A stretch of 62,030 nt of DNA from Alphaproteobacteria bacterium. GTDB lineage: Bacteria; Pseudomonadota; Alphaproteobacteria; UBA7985. This document shows positions 38,762 to 47,679 of this stretch, one piece after another. The position numbers were made by a program, and so were the translations under genes. Where the stretch lies: positions 1-62,030 of the forward strand of contig JBMZBW010000002.1 of assembly GCA_049612785.1 (NCBI GenBank). Direction: 5' to 3'. The notes under the pieces are model-generated. The model ran no database searches and was not told where the DNA came from. It saw nothing but the letters and a program-made list of their open reading frames with translations. Position 1 is the stretch's first letter. Each line of letters begins with the position of its first letter.

Positions 38762-40093
38762 TTACGGATTCTTGTGCGCCATGGTTTCAATCGCGCTCAG
38801 TAGCCATTTCGGTGCGGTTTCTTCTGCAGCAACGCCACCATAAGACAGCAGTCCTTCCGCATCGATTTCACCCTTTCGCACTTGGGCTGTTACCTCTTCA
38901 AGATCTCCCAAAAATCGGTCGAGCGCCTCTTCAGTCATGATGTCGATGGTCAAGTGAATGGCCTCGGGTTGCTGTACGCCAAGCAGGTTCCATCCGCGGA
39001 CCGTCATGCCGCCAATCACGGTTTTGATTTCCAGCCCCTCGCCAGAGATTTGCACCAAAGGCCCATGGCAAGGCCAAGGGGTTAGCCCTTCAATATCGTT
39101 TGCAGCACTCAGAATTCGGTCGCGCGTGGCCAGAATCTGTCGGGCGTTTTCAAGGTAACCAGCGTGCCCCAACCCATTGAACAGTCCCCAGGCCGCAGCA
39201 ATGGGCGCAAAAGGGCGGGAGCCGACTAAACTTTGCGAAACATACAAGCCGCAAGGCCAATCGGTGACGGGCAGGAAGTGGAACCGTTGTTCCTCCGCCG
39301 ATGCCCAAAGTATTGTGGACAAGGGTTTTGGGGCAAAACCGTACTTGTGCAAATCCCCGGACAGAGACCGAACGCCCGGCACGCTCAGATCAAAGGCTGG
39401 GGTGGGCTCACCCAGTTCACGGAAGAAGGGGAGGACATAGGTTCCAACGCATCCATCTACGTGCAGCCAGAGGTCATGGTCCAAGGCAGTTCGCCCCATG
39501 TCCTCAATGGGATCCACCTGTCCAAACGGCCAACTTGGGGCAGAGCCAAGCAAGCCAATCGTTTGATCGTCGATCAACGCTTCAATCGCAGCCATTTCTA
39601 CGGCTTCAAAAGGTGAGTGGTGGACCGTACGCAGTTCAATGTCCAACACCTGCGCCGCTTTATGAATTGTCGCGTGAATGGTGTGAGGTGCGATGACATT
39701 GGGACGCGTCAGACGCTGTCCGCGGCTTTCCCGAGCCCACGCCCTCATCGCCTGCAATGCGCAAAAGTTGCTCTCTGTGCCTCCCGAGGTCAAATTGCCC
39801 CGCGCCATTGATCCTTTGCCACCCCCGAGCATGATACAGGCGTCCAGCACGTCGTTTTCAATCTGGGCGGCACCGGGCTCCTGAAAGGTAAACAGGGCGT
39901 TCCATCCGCCGAAACGTTCGTAGGCTTCTCTAACAATCGCCTGAACGTGGTCGGTACCCCAGAATGCTGTTGCGGCCAGCTTTCCAGACATTTCCGCTGT
40001 CATGTTCGCCAGAGCTTCATCATATCCGGCTTTGACTTCGTCCAAACTCTGCCCGTGCTGTGGCAGTCGAAACATCGCATTGTCGCCTATCAT
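38762..40093 (-). CDS. group-II PLP-dependent decarboxylase (sphingosine-1-phosphate-lyase-like subfamily)
   Basis: TSGGTESN and SGDLHKYGFAPKP (PLP lysine) motifs. 443 aa. ATGA overlap with the upstream SRPBCC-like gene. Confidence 0.75.
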   Translation of the reverse strand: MIGDNAMFRLPQHGQSLDEVKAGYDEALANMTAEMSGKLAATAFWGTDHVQAIVREAYERFGGWNALFTFQEPGAAQIENDVLDACIMLGGGKGSMARGNLTSGGTESNFCALQAMRAWARESRGQRLTRPNVIAPHTIHATIHKAAQVLDIELRTVHHSPFEAVEMAAIEALIDDQTIGLLGSAPSWPFGQVDPIEDMGRTALDHDLWLHVDGCVGTYVLPFFRELGEPTPAFDLSVPGVRSLSGDLHKYGFAPKPLSTILWASAEEQRFHFLPVTDWPCGLYVSQSLVGSRPFAPIAAAWGLFNGLGHAGYLENARQILATRDRILSAANDIEGLTPWPCHGPLVQISGEGLEIKTVIGGMTVRGWNLLGVQQPEAIHLTIDIMTEEALDRFLGDLEEVTAQVRKGEIDAEGLLSYGGVAAEETAPKWLLSAIETMAHKNP

Positions 40094-40611
40094 GATGCGT
40101 CTGCCTCAAGCCCACTGAAGTCATGGGCACAGGTGACCAACTCGCCGCCTAGCATGGGGGCCAGCTTGTTCAGAGATGCTTCATTGATGGCTGGCAGAAC
40201 GATAGGCAGGATGCGCTGAAACTCCTGACCTTCTATCGTGTCAAAGTACATGGACCACGTCATCTGGCCGCTGTCTTCACCTGTCATCTCCACTGAGATT
40301 TCCGCGATATAGTCCTTGATCGGGAAATCCGGACCGGTTGCGCGATAGACGTATCGATGGGGTGCGTCCCACAGCAGGACTTCTTCAAACACGTGTCCGA
40401 AGAACGTGAACTCCACGTTAAAACGCGCCTCTCCGTCCGGTCCGGGGGCGTGATGATGGACGGTTTTCGCAAGCAGGTACCAATCGGTAATCCGGTCGGG
40501 ATCTCCCATGATGTCAAAAACGTCGTCACCTTTGCGCCCTTTAAATGCGATGACCCCGCGTAAACGCTCCGGTGCTTGTGTGAATTCACCGAGATACCTT
40601 GATCTATCCAT
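40090..40611 (-). CDS. small soluble protein, possibly SRPBCC/polyketide-cyclase-like ligand-binding fold
   Basis: About 173 aa from ATG 40611 (GTG 40653 is also possible). The fold guess rests only on size and pattern (ITDWYLL...WDAPHRYVY). First gene of the minus-strand operon. Confidence 0.35.
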   Translation of the reverse strand: MDRSRYLGEFTQAPERLRGVIAFKGRKGDDVFDIMGDPDRITDWYLLAKTVHHHAPGPDGEARFNVEFTFFGHVFEEVLLWDAPHRYVYRATGPDFPIKDYIAEISVEMTGEDSGQMTWSMYFDTIEGQEFQRILPIVLPAINEASLNKLAPMLGGELVTCAHDFSGLEADAS

Positions 40612-40941
40612 GACGATAACACCCGTTTGTTTCGCAAAGCTTAGGGTCGCCACCCTTAAAAATCAAGTTAACTCGGGAATTTGGCAAAAACTGCGATTGT
40701 CCGCTTTTGTGGAAAGGCTCGTCCACGAACTTAAGGCGGATGGGCTGGTTCAAAGGTTCCAAAGTAAAGGTCCGGGCAAGCCCTGCTGCCCTTTGGTGCT
40801 GCCAAAAGCCAAGGCAATCGACTATTTCGATACGCTTAAAAAGTTTACCAATACTAAAATCTAAGTACGTAAATACTAAAAATGCATTGACGAACCTTTT
40901 TACAGATGCGTAACGTTGGAGTCTGGTATGAGGTTTCAGCA

Positions 40942-41592
40942 ATGATTCTGGGAAGCAAACTCCGAGGCGTCAGGCGGTCACAAGGCAAGACTATTCAACA
41001 GGTTGCCTTGAGTGCGGACTTGTCAGTGGGGTTCGTTTCGCAGGTAGAACGGGGCATTGCTGTCCCCTCAATCGCGTCTTTGAAAAAACTTGCTTTGGCG
41101 CTGGAACAGCCGGTCGGCAACTTTCTGGAAGTATCACCGGAGAGTTCGCAGCTTACACGATCCGCTGAACGTCTGCCGTTTGCTCTCGGGCATAACGCTC
41201 TGACTTATGAGCGACTGTCCCACTCCTTTGACGGCAGCAAACTATCCGCTCTTCTTATCCACGAACCTCCCGGACACCGTGGCGAACCGGTCAGTCATGA
41301 AGGCGAAGAGCTGTTCTTCATGATCAAAGGTGAGTTGACTGTCGAAGTAGAGGAAGAGCGGGTCATCCTGAGAGCCGGGGACTCATACCACTTCGATTCC
41401 ACCAGAATTCACTGCACATGGAACCATCGAACCGAAGTCGCCACGCTGCTGTGGTGCGGAACCATGGACGTGTTCGGCACCGGTGAAATCATCTCCCCGC
41501 ATCAGAAGCCTGAGAAGCTGTCGAAGAACGGCCAGGTATCTCCCTTGTCACACATCAGAATTTCAACAGCACTTCAGGAGGAACAAACATGA
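40942..41592 (+). CDS. XRE-family HTH regulator with C-terminal cupin sensor domain
   Basis: HTH LRGVRRSQGKTIQQVALSADLSVGFVSQVERG plus a cupin motif (HEGEELFFMIKGELTVEV...GDSYHF). ATGA overlap with the downstream SBP gene. Confidence 0.8.
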   Translation: MILGSKLRGVRRSQGKTIQQVALSADLSVGFVSQVERGIAVPSIASLKKLALALEQPVGNFLEVSPESSQLTRSAERLPFALGHNALTYERLSHSFDGSKLSALLIHEPPGHRGEPVSHEGEELFFMIKGELTVEVEEERVILRAGDSYHFDSTRIHCTWNHRTEVATLLWCGTMDVFGTGEIISPHQKPEKLSKNGQVSPLSHIRISTALQEEQT

Positions 41593-42578
41593 AGTTCATG
41601 AAATCACTTACGGTGTCTGTCGCAGCCGCAGGGCTGGCGTTGGGTGCCCTGGGTCAAAGTGCCCTCGCTCAGGACAAGCAGGTCGCTTACCTATCCGCCA
41701 GTTCAGCCAATACCTGGCTGGGCGCATCTGTGGTTGAAATGCAGAAGGTCGCCGACGCAAACGGGATCAAGATGGTTGAGTTTGATGCTCAATTCGATCC
41801 CGGCAAGCAGCAGGCGCAACTGCAGGATGCCATCGCCTCGGGCAAATATGACGGTATCGTTCTTTGCGCGATTTATGGTCTGGGTCTGATCCCGGATATC
41901 GAAGAAGCAATTGCCGCTGGCATCGAAGTCGTCGTGTTGAACCAGATTGTCGGTGCAGACTTGACCACGTCTGACCCGCAAGTTGATGGCATTGCCGCGT
42001 CGGTTCTGGCCTCGCCATACCGGTCCGGTGTTCGTCACGGCACGCTGACGGTTCAGGCCTGTGAAGGCGACGAGAACTGCGAGGTTGTGTTCATCTACGG
42101 CATCAAGGGTATTCCACTCGATGATGCCATCCGCCAGGGTTTTGATGACACGATTGCTTCCCATCCAAACATCAAGGTCGTTGCAGAGGGCGAAGGTCAG
42201 TACCTCGGCCCTGATGGTGGTATCAAGGCAACGCAGGACATCCTGCAGATCACCGACAGCTTCGACGTCATGGTAGGGGCAGACCAGTCCATCCAAGGTG
42301 CGGCCATTGTTCTGGCTGACGAAGGCATGGCGGGTAAGGTCAAGCTCATTGGTCTTGGCGGCTCAGAGCCGGCAATCGAAGGTGTTGCTGATGGTTCCTG
42401 GTTCGGCGGTGTCTACGGTGCGCCAGCGGACGAGGGCCGGATTGCCATGGAAGCCATGGTTCAGGCGCTGACCGATGGTACGCATGTTGGTGGTGTTGAT
42501 CCGCTGACTGAAGTGCCAGACGACGGTCTGATCACAGCCGCGAACGTCGAGAAGTTCACGGCTCAGTGGAAAGGCTAA
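41589..42578 (+). CDS. CUT2/RbsB-type ABC transporter periplasmic binding protein
   Basis: Signal peptide MKFMKSLTVSVAAAGLALGALGQSALA. 329-aa type-I sugar-binding-protein-like sequence. Confidence 0.75.
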   Translation: MKFMKSLTVSVAAAGLALGALGQSALAQDKQVAYLSASSANTWLGASVVEMQKVADANGIKMVEFDAQFDPGKQQAQLQDAIASGKYDGIVLCAIYGLGLIPDIEEAIAAGIEVVVLNQIVGADLTTSDPQVDGIAASVLASPYRSGVRHGTLTVQACEGDENCEVVFIYGIKGIPLDDAIRQGFDDTIASHPNIKVVAEGEGQYLGPDGGIKATQDILQITDSFDVMVGADQSIQGAAIVLADEGMAGKVKLIGLGGSEPAIEGVADGSWFGGVYGAPADEGRIAMEAMVQALTDGTHVGGVDPLTEVPDDGLITAANVEKFTAQWKG

Positions 42579-42587
42579 GTCAGAGCC

Positions 42588-44093
42588 TTGACCGACACCT
42601 TGACCCCAAACCAGCTGACCCTCTCGGGGGTCAGCAAAACCTACGGGAGCATTGCTGCACTCGATGATGTCAGCGTGACATTCGAGGGCGGCAGGATCCA
42701 TGCGCTCGTCGGGGAAAACGGGGCGGGTAAGTCAACCCTTGGCAAAGTCATGCTCGGGGTGGAAACGCCTGATGCTGGGGTGCTGAAATGGCAGGGTGAA
42801 GAAGCCCGCTTTAGCACGCCAGCGCAGGCCAACAAACTGGGACTGGTTGGAATTTCGCAGGAGCTTTCGCTCATGCATGATCGATCCGTCCTCGATAATC
42901 TTTCGATTGGCCGGGAAAAGTGTATCGGCCCCTTTATCGATCACCGCGCGACACTACGCCAAGCGCAGCAGGTGATGGAACAGTACGACATGACGTTAGA
43001 CCCGCGCGCCATGGTGGGTGATTTGCCGGTCGCGGATCAGCAGCGTGTCGAGATCCTCAGAGCTTTGAACCAAGAAGCCAATCTGATCGTGTTTGATGAA
43101 CCCACTGCGCGTTTAGAGGGCGGTGAGGCGCGGAAGCTTATGTCGATCCTGCGCAAGTTGGCGGAGCAGGGCAAAGCCATCGTCTTCATCTCTCACTTTC
43201 TCGAGGAAGTCCTTTCGGTCGCCGATACGGTGACCATCCTGCGCAACGGTCAGCACGTGCGCACCAATCCAGCCAGCGAGGAAACCCGTTCAAGCCTGGT
43301 CGAAGGCATGACGGGCGCAGCTGATCAAGGCCAGTTCCCGGAGCTTCCGGCTGTAGACGAGAATGCGGAACCCCTTTTGGTTGTTTCAGGTGCCACGGCT
43401 GCAGGTGCCTTTGAGGACATTTCCTTGACCATTCGTCCGGGTGAGATTGTCGGTTTGTCCGGTCTGGTCGGAGCCGGTCGCAGTGAGCTGGCCCACGCAA
43501 TTTATGGTGCGGGTCGTATCGATACCGGAACAATCAAACTTGAAGGTCATGAGCTCTCCGGTCACTCGGTCAGCGATGCGGTAGCCAGAGGCATGGCGCT
43601 TGTTCCTGAATCCCGGCGGGAGCAGGGATTGTTCATGAACCGATCCATTCTGGAAAACGTGTCGCTGCCTTATCTCAATCGATTCATGAGTTGGCTTGGG
43701 TTGAATGGACGCCAAGAAGTCGAGGAGGTCAGGGCCTGTGGTGAAAACACGACCCTGAAGTACGGGGAACTCAGCGACATGGTGAGTACGCTGTCAGGGG
43801 GCAATCAACAGAAAGTGTTGTTCGCGCGGGCGACGCTGGGCGAGCCCCGTCTGTTGATCGCAGACGAGCCGACACGGGGTGTCGATGTTGGGGCCAAGCG
43901 GGGGATCTACGACCTGATTGTCGGACTGGCCAAAGAGGGTTTGGGTGTCCTGCTGATCTCATCCGAAATCGAAGAAATTCTCGGGCTGTCCCATCGGGTG
44001 GTGGTGCTGTCCCGCGGTCGTGTGATGACCGAGTTGTCCGGGGACGAAATCAACGAAAATGCCGTCATGTCGGCGGCCTTCGGAGCAAAATAA
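42588..44093 (+). CDS. CUT2/RbsA-type tandem-domain ABC ATPase
   Basis: Two nucleotide-binding domains: GENGAGKST and a degenerate GLVGAGRSE, with signatures and LSGGNQQK. 501 aa. TTG start. Confidence 0.9.
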   Translation: MTDTLTPNQLTLSGVSKTYGSIAALDDVSVTFEGGRIHALVGENGAGKSTLGKVMLGVETPDAGVLKWQGEEARFSTPAQANKLGLVGISQELSLMHDRSVLDNLSIGREKCIGPFIDHRATLRQAQQVMEQYDMTLDPRAMVGDLPVADQQRVEILRALNQEANLIVFDEPTARLEGGEARKLMSILRKLAEQGKAIVFISHFLEEVLSVADTVTILRNGQHVRTNPASEETRSSLVEGMTGAADQGQFPELPAVDENAEPLLVVSGATAAGAFEDISLTIRPGEIVGLSGLVGAGRSELAHAIYGAGRIDTGTIKLEGHELSGHSVSDAVARGMALVPESRREQGLFMNRSILENVSLPYLNRFMSWLGLNGRQEVEEVRACGENTTLKYGELSDMVSTLSGGNQQKVLFARATLGEPRLLIADEPTRGVDVGAKRGIYDLIVGLAKEGLGVLLISSEIEEILGLSHRVVVLSRGRVMTELSGDEINENAVMSAAFGAK

Positions 44094-44094
44094 A

Positions 44095-45033
44095 ATGATG
44101 AACTTTGCCCTTCTGTTCCGAAACTATGGGATCCTGTTGGTGACGATCCTGCTGTTTGTCGTTCTCGCCGTTACAGCGGATGGGTTTGCAACAGAGCGCA
44201 ACCTGCGGAACATTCTGGATCAGCAGTCGATGGTGATTATTGCTGCGTCGTTCATGACGATAGCCATCATCTCAGGCAACTTTGACGTCTCTGTCTCGGC
44301 CATATTCGTGACAGCTCCGCTGTTCGGGCTGCGGGTCGAGAACATGACGGGAAACGTCTTTCTGGCTGTCGCGGCAGCTTTGGCTGTGGGCTTGATCATG
44401 GGGGCTATCAATGGGTTCATTGTCACCAGACTCAAGATTAATTCTTTCATCGGGACCTTGGCCACGTCATTCATGTTTTTTGGCGCAGGGTTTCTGGTTT
44501 CCAGCCGCTCGCTCATGCGGCCTGAGAGTGATGTTTACCGCCTGATCGCCCGGTCCCGTTTCCTCGGGCTGACGTCTGCGACCTGGATCGCCATTGGGGT
44601 GGTGATCATTGCAACAATCCTGCTCAGTCGCACCCGGTTTGGCCGTAATGTCTTCGCCGTTGGCGGCAATATGGAAGCCGCCCGCTTGGCCGGGGTGGCT
44701 GTTAACCGCGTTCAGACCACGGCGTTTCTGCTTCTGGGTGTAGCGGCGGCGCTTGCTGGCGTGCTGAACTCATCCCGCTCCATCTCAGCTCAGCCTTCAG
44801 ACGATTTCAGCTTCGTCTTCGCGGTACTAACGGCGGTTATCGTGGGCGGGACCTCGATTGCCGGTGGACAGGGCGCCATCTGGCGCACCACGACCGCAGC
44901 ATTCTTCCTCGCGTTCCTGAACAACGGTTTCAACCTTCTGCAGATCGACCCGATCTGGCAGCGGTTGATCGAGGGCGCAGTGATCATCATGGCCGTGGCC
45001 GTGGATACCTGGACAAAACAGAGAAGAGCCTAA
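44095..45033 (+). CDS. CUT2/RbsC-type ABC permease
   Basis: About 312-aa polytopic protein. ATG 44095 lies just after the ATPase stop. Confidence 0.85.
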   Translation: MMNFALLFRNYGILLVTILLFVVLAVTADGFATERNLRNILDQQSMVIIAASFMTIAIISGNFDVSVSAIFVTAPLFGLRVENMTGNVFLAVAAALAVGLIMGAINGFIVTRLKINSFIGTLATSFMFFGAGFLVSSRSLMRPESDVYRLIARSRFLGLTSATWIAIGVVIIATILLSRTRFGRNVFAVGGNMEAARLAGVAVNRVQTTAFLLLGVAAALAGVLNSSRSISAQPSDDFSFVFAVLTAVIVGGTSIAGGQGAIWRTTTAAFFLAFLNNGFNLLQIDPIWQRLIEGAVIIMAVAVDTWTKQRRA

Positions 45034-45048
45034 AGAGAGGAGCAAGCC

Positions 45049-46590
45049 ATGATCCGTATTGGAGTAGATGTTGGCGGGACCAATACCGATGCCGTCATCA
45101 TGGATGGCAACGACTTCGTTGCTGGTTCCAAGCGTTTGACGACACCGGACATTATCTCAGGCGTGCGCAATGCTCTTGCCGCAACGATGGAAGAAGCCGG
45201 GGGTAAGGTCGCAGACGTGGGCGCGCTGATGGTCGGAACCACGCACTTCGTGAACGCGTTGGTGCGCCGGCGAGATCTGGCTGCCACCGGAATTATCCGC
45301 ATCTGCCTGCCTTCTGGCGCAAGTATTCCTCCATTTTCCGATTGGCCAGACGATCTCGTCGCCGGGCTGCAGGGGCGCTATCGCTTGATCCATGGCGGCT
45401 ATGAAATGGATGGTCGCGAAATTTCTGCACTCAATGAGGATGAGTTGCTGCAGGCGGTAAAGGAGCTACAGGCCGAGGGCGTTCAGGAAATTGCCCTGAG
45501 CAGTGTGTTCTCCACGGTGCGCTCCGATATGGAGCAACAGGCTTTCGATTTGATTACGAAAGCCTTCCCCGATCAAAGCGTAACGAAGAGCACCGACATT
45601 GGTCGCTTGGGCCTGTTGGAGCGGGAGAACGCAGCCATCATTAACGGCGCGCTACGCCCTCTCGCTGGTGACGTCGTTGAGTCCTTTCTGGCGCTGGCTA
45701 AAGAGCTGGATCTCAAGTGTCCGCTGTATTTCACCAAAAACGATGGAACCCTGATTTCTGCCGAGCAAGTCAGCCGTCTACCGGTTTTAACCTTCGCTTG
45801 TGGGCCTACCAATTCCATGCGCGGTGCGGCTTTTCTGTCGGGGATCAAAGACGGTCTGGTGGCGGATGTCGGTGGCACCACGCTTGACGTTGGTGAGGTC
45901 CAAAATGGCTTCCCCCGGCCCGCAGGAACAGCCGTTACCGTCGCCGACGTACAGACTAATTTCTCCATGCCCGACGTCATCAGCATTGGGCTGGGTGGAG
46001 GCTCGATCATTGACCGGGATGCAGTCACGGTCGGACCGGATTCTGTTGGCCATCGTCTGTTGGAGGAAGCGATCGTCTTTGGTGGCTCCGTGTTGACGGC
46101 GTCCGACATTGCGGTTGCCGCAGGTCGCACTCAAATGGGTACGAGCGCAGTAGGTGACTTGCCCGATCTGGAAAGCCTTGTTGCTGCCATGGATCGAAAG
46201 GCGGCTGATGCCATCGCCCGGTCGCGGACCTCCAGCAAGTCCATGACGGTCATCGCCGTTGGCGGGGGCGCGGTGCTGCTTCCTGAAAAACTTGACGGCC
46301 TGCCTGTGGTGAGGCCGCCGCATTACGATTTGGCCAACGCCATTGGCGCGGCTATCGCGCAGGTCTCAGGTGAGGATTCCAAGGTCATTGCGCTGGCCGA
46401 AGGCATGACGCGAGAGGAAGCGATCCAATCGGTTGTCGATGGTGCCAAGGCTGCAGCGGTCGCAAACGGTGCGGATCCCGAGACCTTGTTGGTCCTGAGC
46501 CAAAGCGATGTCCCGCTGGCTTACCTCCCCGGCAGCAACCTCGCCATCAGCGTTACGGTTGTTGGTGAACTGAACATGAAGGGAGCCTGA
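45049..46590 (+). CDS. hydantoinase/oxoprolinase-family protein (Hydantoinase_A-like ASKHA ATPase, short form)
   Basis: N-terminus MIRIGVDVGGTNTDAVIM and a second phosphate motif ADVGGTTLDV. 513 aa. Strong SD (GAGAGGAG). Confidence 0.7.
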   Translation: MIRIGVDVGGTNTDAVIMDGNDFVAGSKRLTTPDIISGVRNALAATMEEAGGKVADVGALMVGTTHFVNALVRRRDLAATGIIRICLPSGASIPPFSDWPDDLVAGLQGRYRLIHGGYEMDGREISALNEDELLQAVKELQAEGVQEIALSSVFSTVRSDMEQQAFDLITKAFPDQSVTKSTDIGRLGLLERENAAIINGALRPLAGDVVESFLALAKELDLKCPLYFTKNDGTLISAEQVSRLPVLTFACGPTNSMRGAAFLSGIKDGLVADVGGTTLDVGEVQNGFPRPAGTAVTVADVQTNFSMPDVISIGLGGGSIIDRDAVTVGPDSVGHRLLEEAIVFGGSVLTASDIAVAAGRTQMGTSAVGDLPDLESLVAAMDRKAADAIARSRTSSKSMTVIAVGGGAVLLPEKLDGLPVVRPPHYDLANAIGAAIAQVSGEDSKVIALAEGMTREEAIQSVVDGAKAAAVANGADPETLLVLSQSDVPLAYLPGSNLAISVTVVGELNMKGA

Positions 46591-46592
46591 AC

Positions 46593-47669
46593 ATGAGCAA
46601 CCGTCTGACTAAAGTAGACCGCGAGGCCCTCGCTCTCATCGCAAAGGGATCAACCGTTCTGGGCGCAGGAGGCGGGGGCGATCCCTACGTCGGTCGCCTG
46701 ATGGTTCAGCAGATTCTGGGCGACAGCGGAGCCGTTGATGTCGTGCAGATCGAAGACCTGGATCATAACGCGCTGGTTCTCCCCATAGCCATGATGGGCG
46801 CGCCACAAGTCATGCAGGAGAAGTTTCCAAGCGGGAAGGAAATCCCCAAGCTGATCGAGATGATGGAGCGCCTGCTCGAACGCAAGGTTGAGGCTATCTT
46901 GTGCATCGAAGCGGGTGGACTGAACTCGACTATTCCTTTTATTGCCGCCGCTCAGATGGGCATTCCCATTGTTGATGCGGATGCCATGGGCCGCGCTTTT
47001 CCTGAGTTGCAAATGGTCACCCTGACGCTGGGGGGCATGGGCGCCACGCCGATGGCTATGGTGGACGACAAAGGCAACGGGGCAACATTTGATACCATTT
47101 CCAACCAATGGACGGAAAAGTTGGCGCGCGCGCTCACGATTGAGATGGGCGGATCGGCGATGGTTTCCTTGTACCCCGTGCTTGCCGGACCCAGCCGGGA
47201 TTACCTGATCGAAGGGTCGCTGACGACGGCCTTTGACATGGGCAAAATCCTCGATGATCACAAAAGCGCAGCAGCCCATGTTCTCGCCGAAACCTACGGG
47301 GGCCGGGTGCTGTTCACGGGTCGGGTCCGTGATGTTGAACGCCGCTCAGATGCCGGATTTACCAAGGGTAAACTGGTGCTTGAAGGGCAGCAGGCCTTTG
47401 ACGGTTCCGGCATGGATCTGTCCTTCCAGAATGAGTTTTTGGCGGGTTGGGTTGACGGTGAGTTAGTGGCAACGACACCGGACCTGATCACGTTGCTGGA
47501 TGCAAACACCGGCGGCCCCGTGACCACCGACATGGTGAAATACGGTCTGTCGGTTCACGTTCTGGGCCTGCCCTGTGACCCTATTTGGCGCGGTAAGGAG
47601 GCGATCAAGCTGGTCGGTCCTCGATACTTCGGCATCGATGCGGACTACACGCCGCTGCAGTCGGCTTAG
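46593..47669 (+). CDS. DUF917-family protein
   Basis: 358 aa with the LGAGGGGDPYVG motif that I associate with DUF917. It starts 3 nt after the hydantoinase-like gene. Confidence 0.55.
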   Translation: MSNRLTKVDREALALIAKGSTVLGAGGGGDPYVGRLMVQQILGDSGAVDVVQIEDLDHNALVLPIAMMGAPQVMQEKFPSGKEIPKLIEMMERLLERKVEAILCIEAGGLNSTIPFIAAAQMGIPIVDADAMGRAFPELQMVTLTLGGMGATPMAMVDDKGNGATFDTISNQWTEKLARALTIEMGGSAMVSLYPVLAGPSRDYLIEGSLTTAFDMGKILDDHKSAAAHVLAETYGGRVLFTGRVRDVERRSDAGFTKGKLVLEGQQAFDGSGMDLSFQNEFLAGWVDGELVATTPDLITLLDANTGGPVTTDMVKYGLSVHVLGLPCDPIWRGKEAIKLVGPRYFGIDADYTPLQSA

Positions 47670-47679
47670 GACCATTTCG

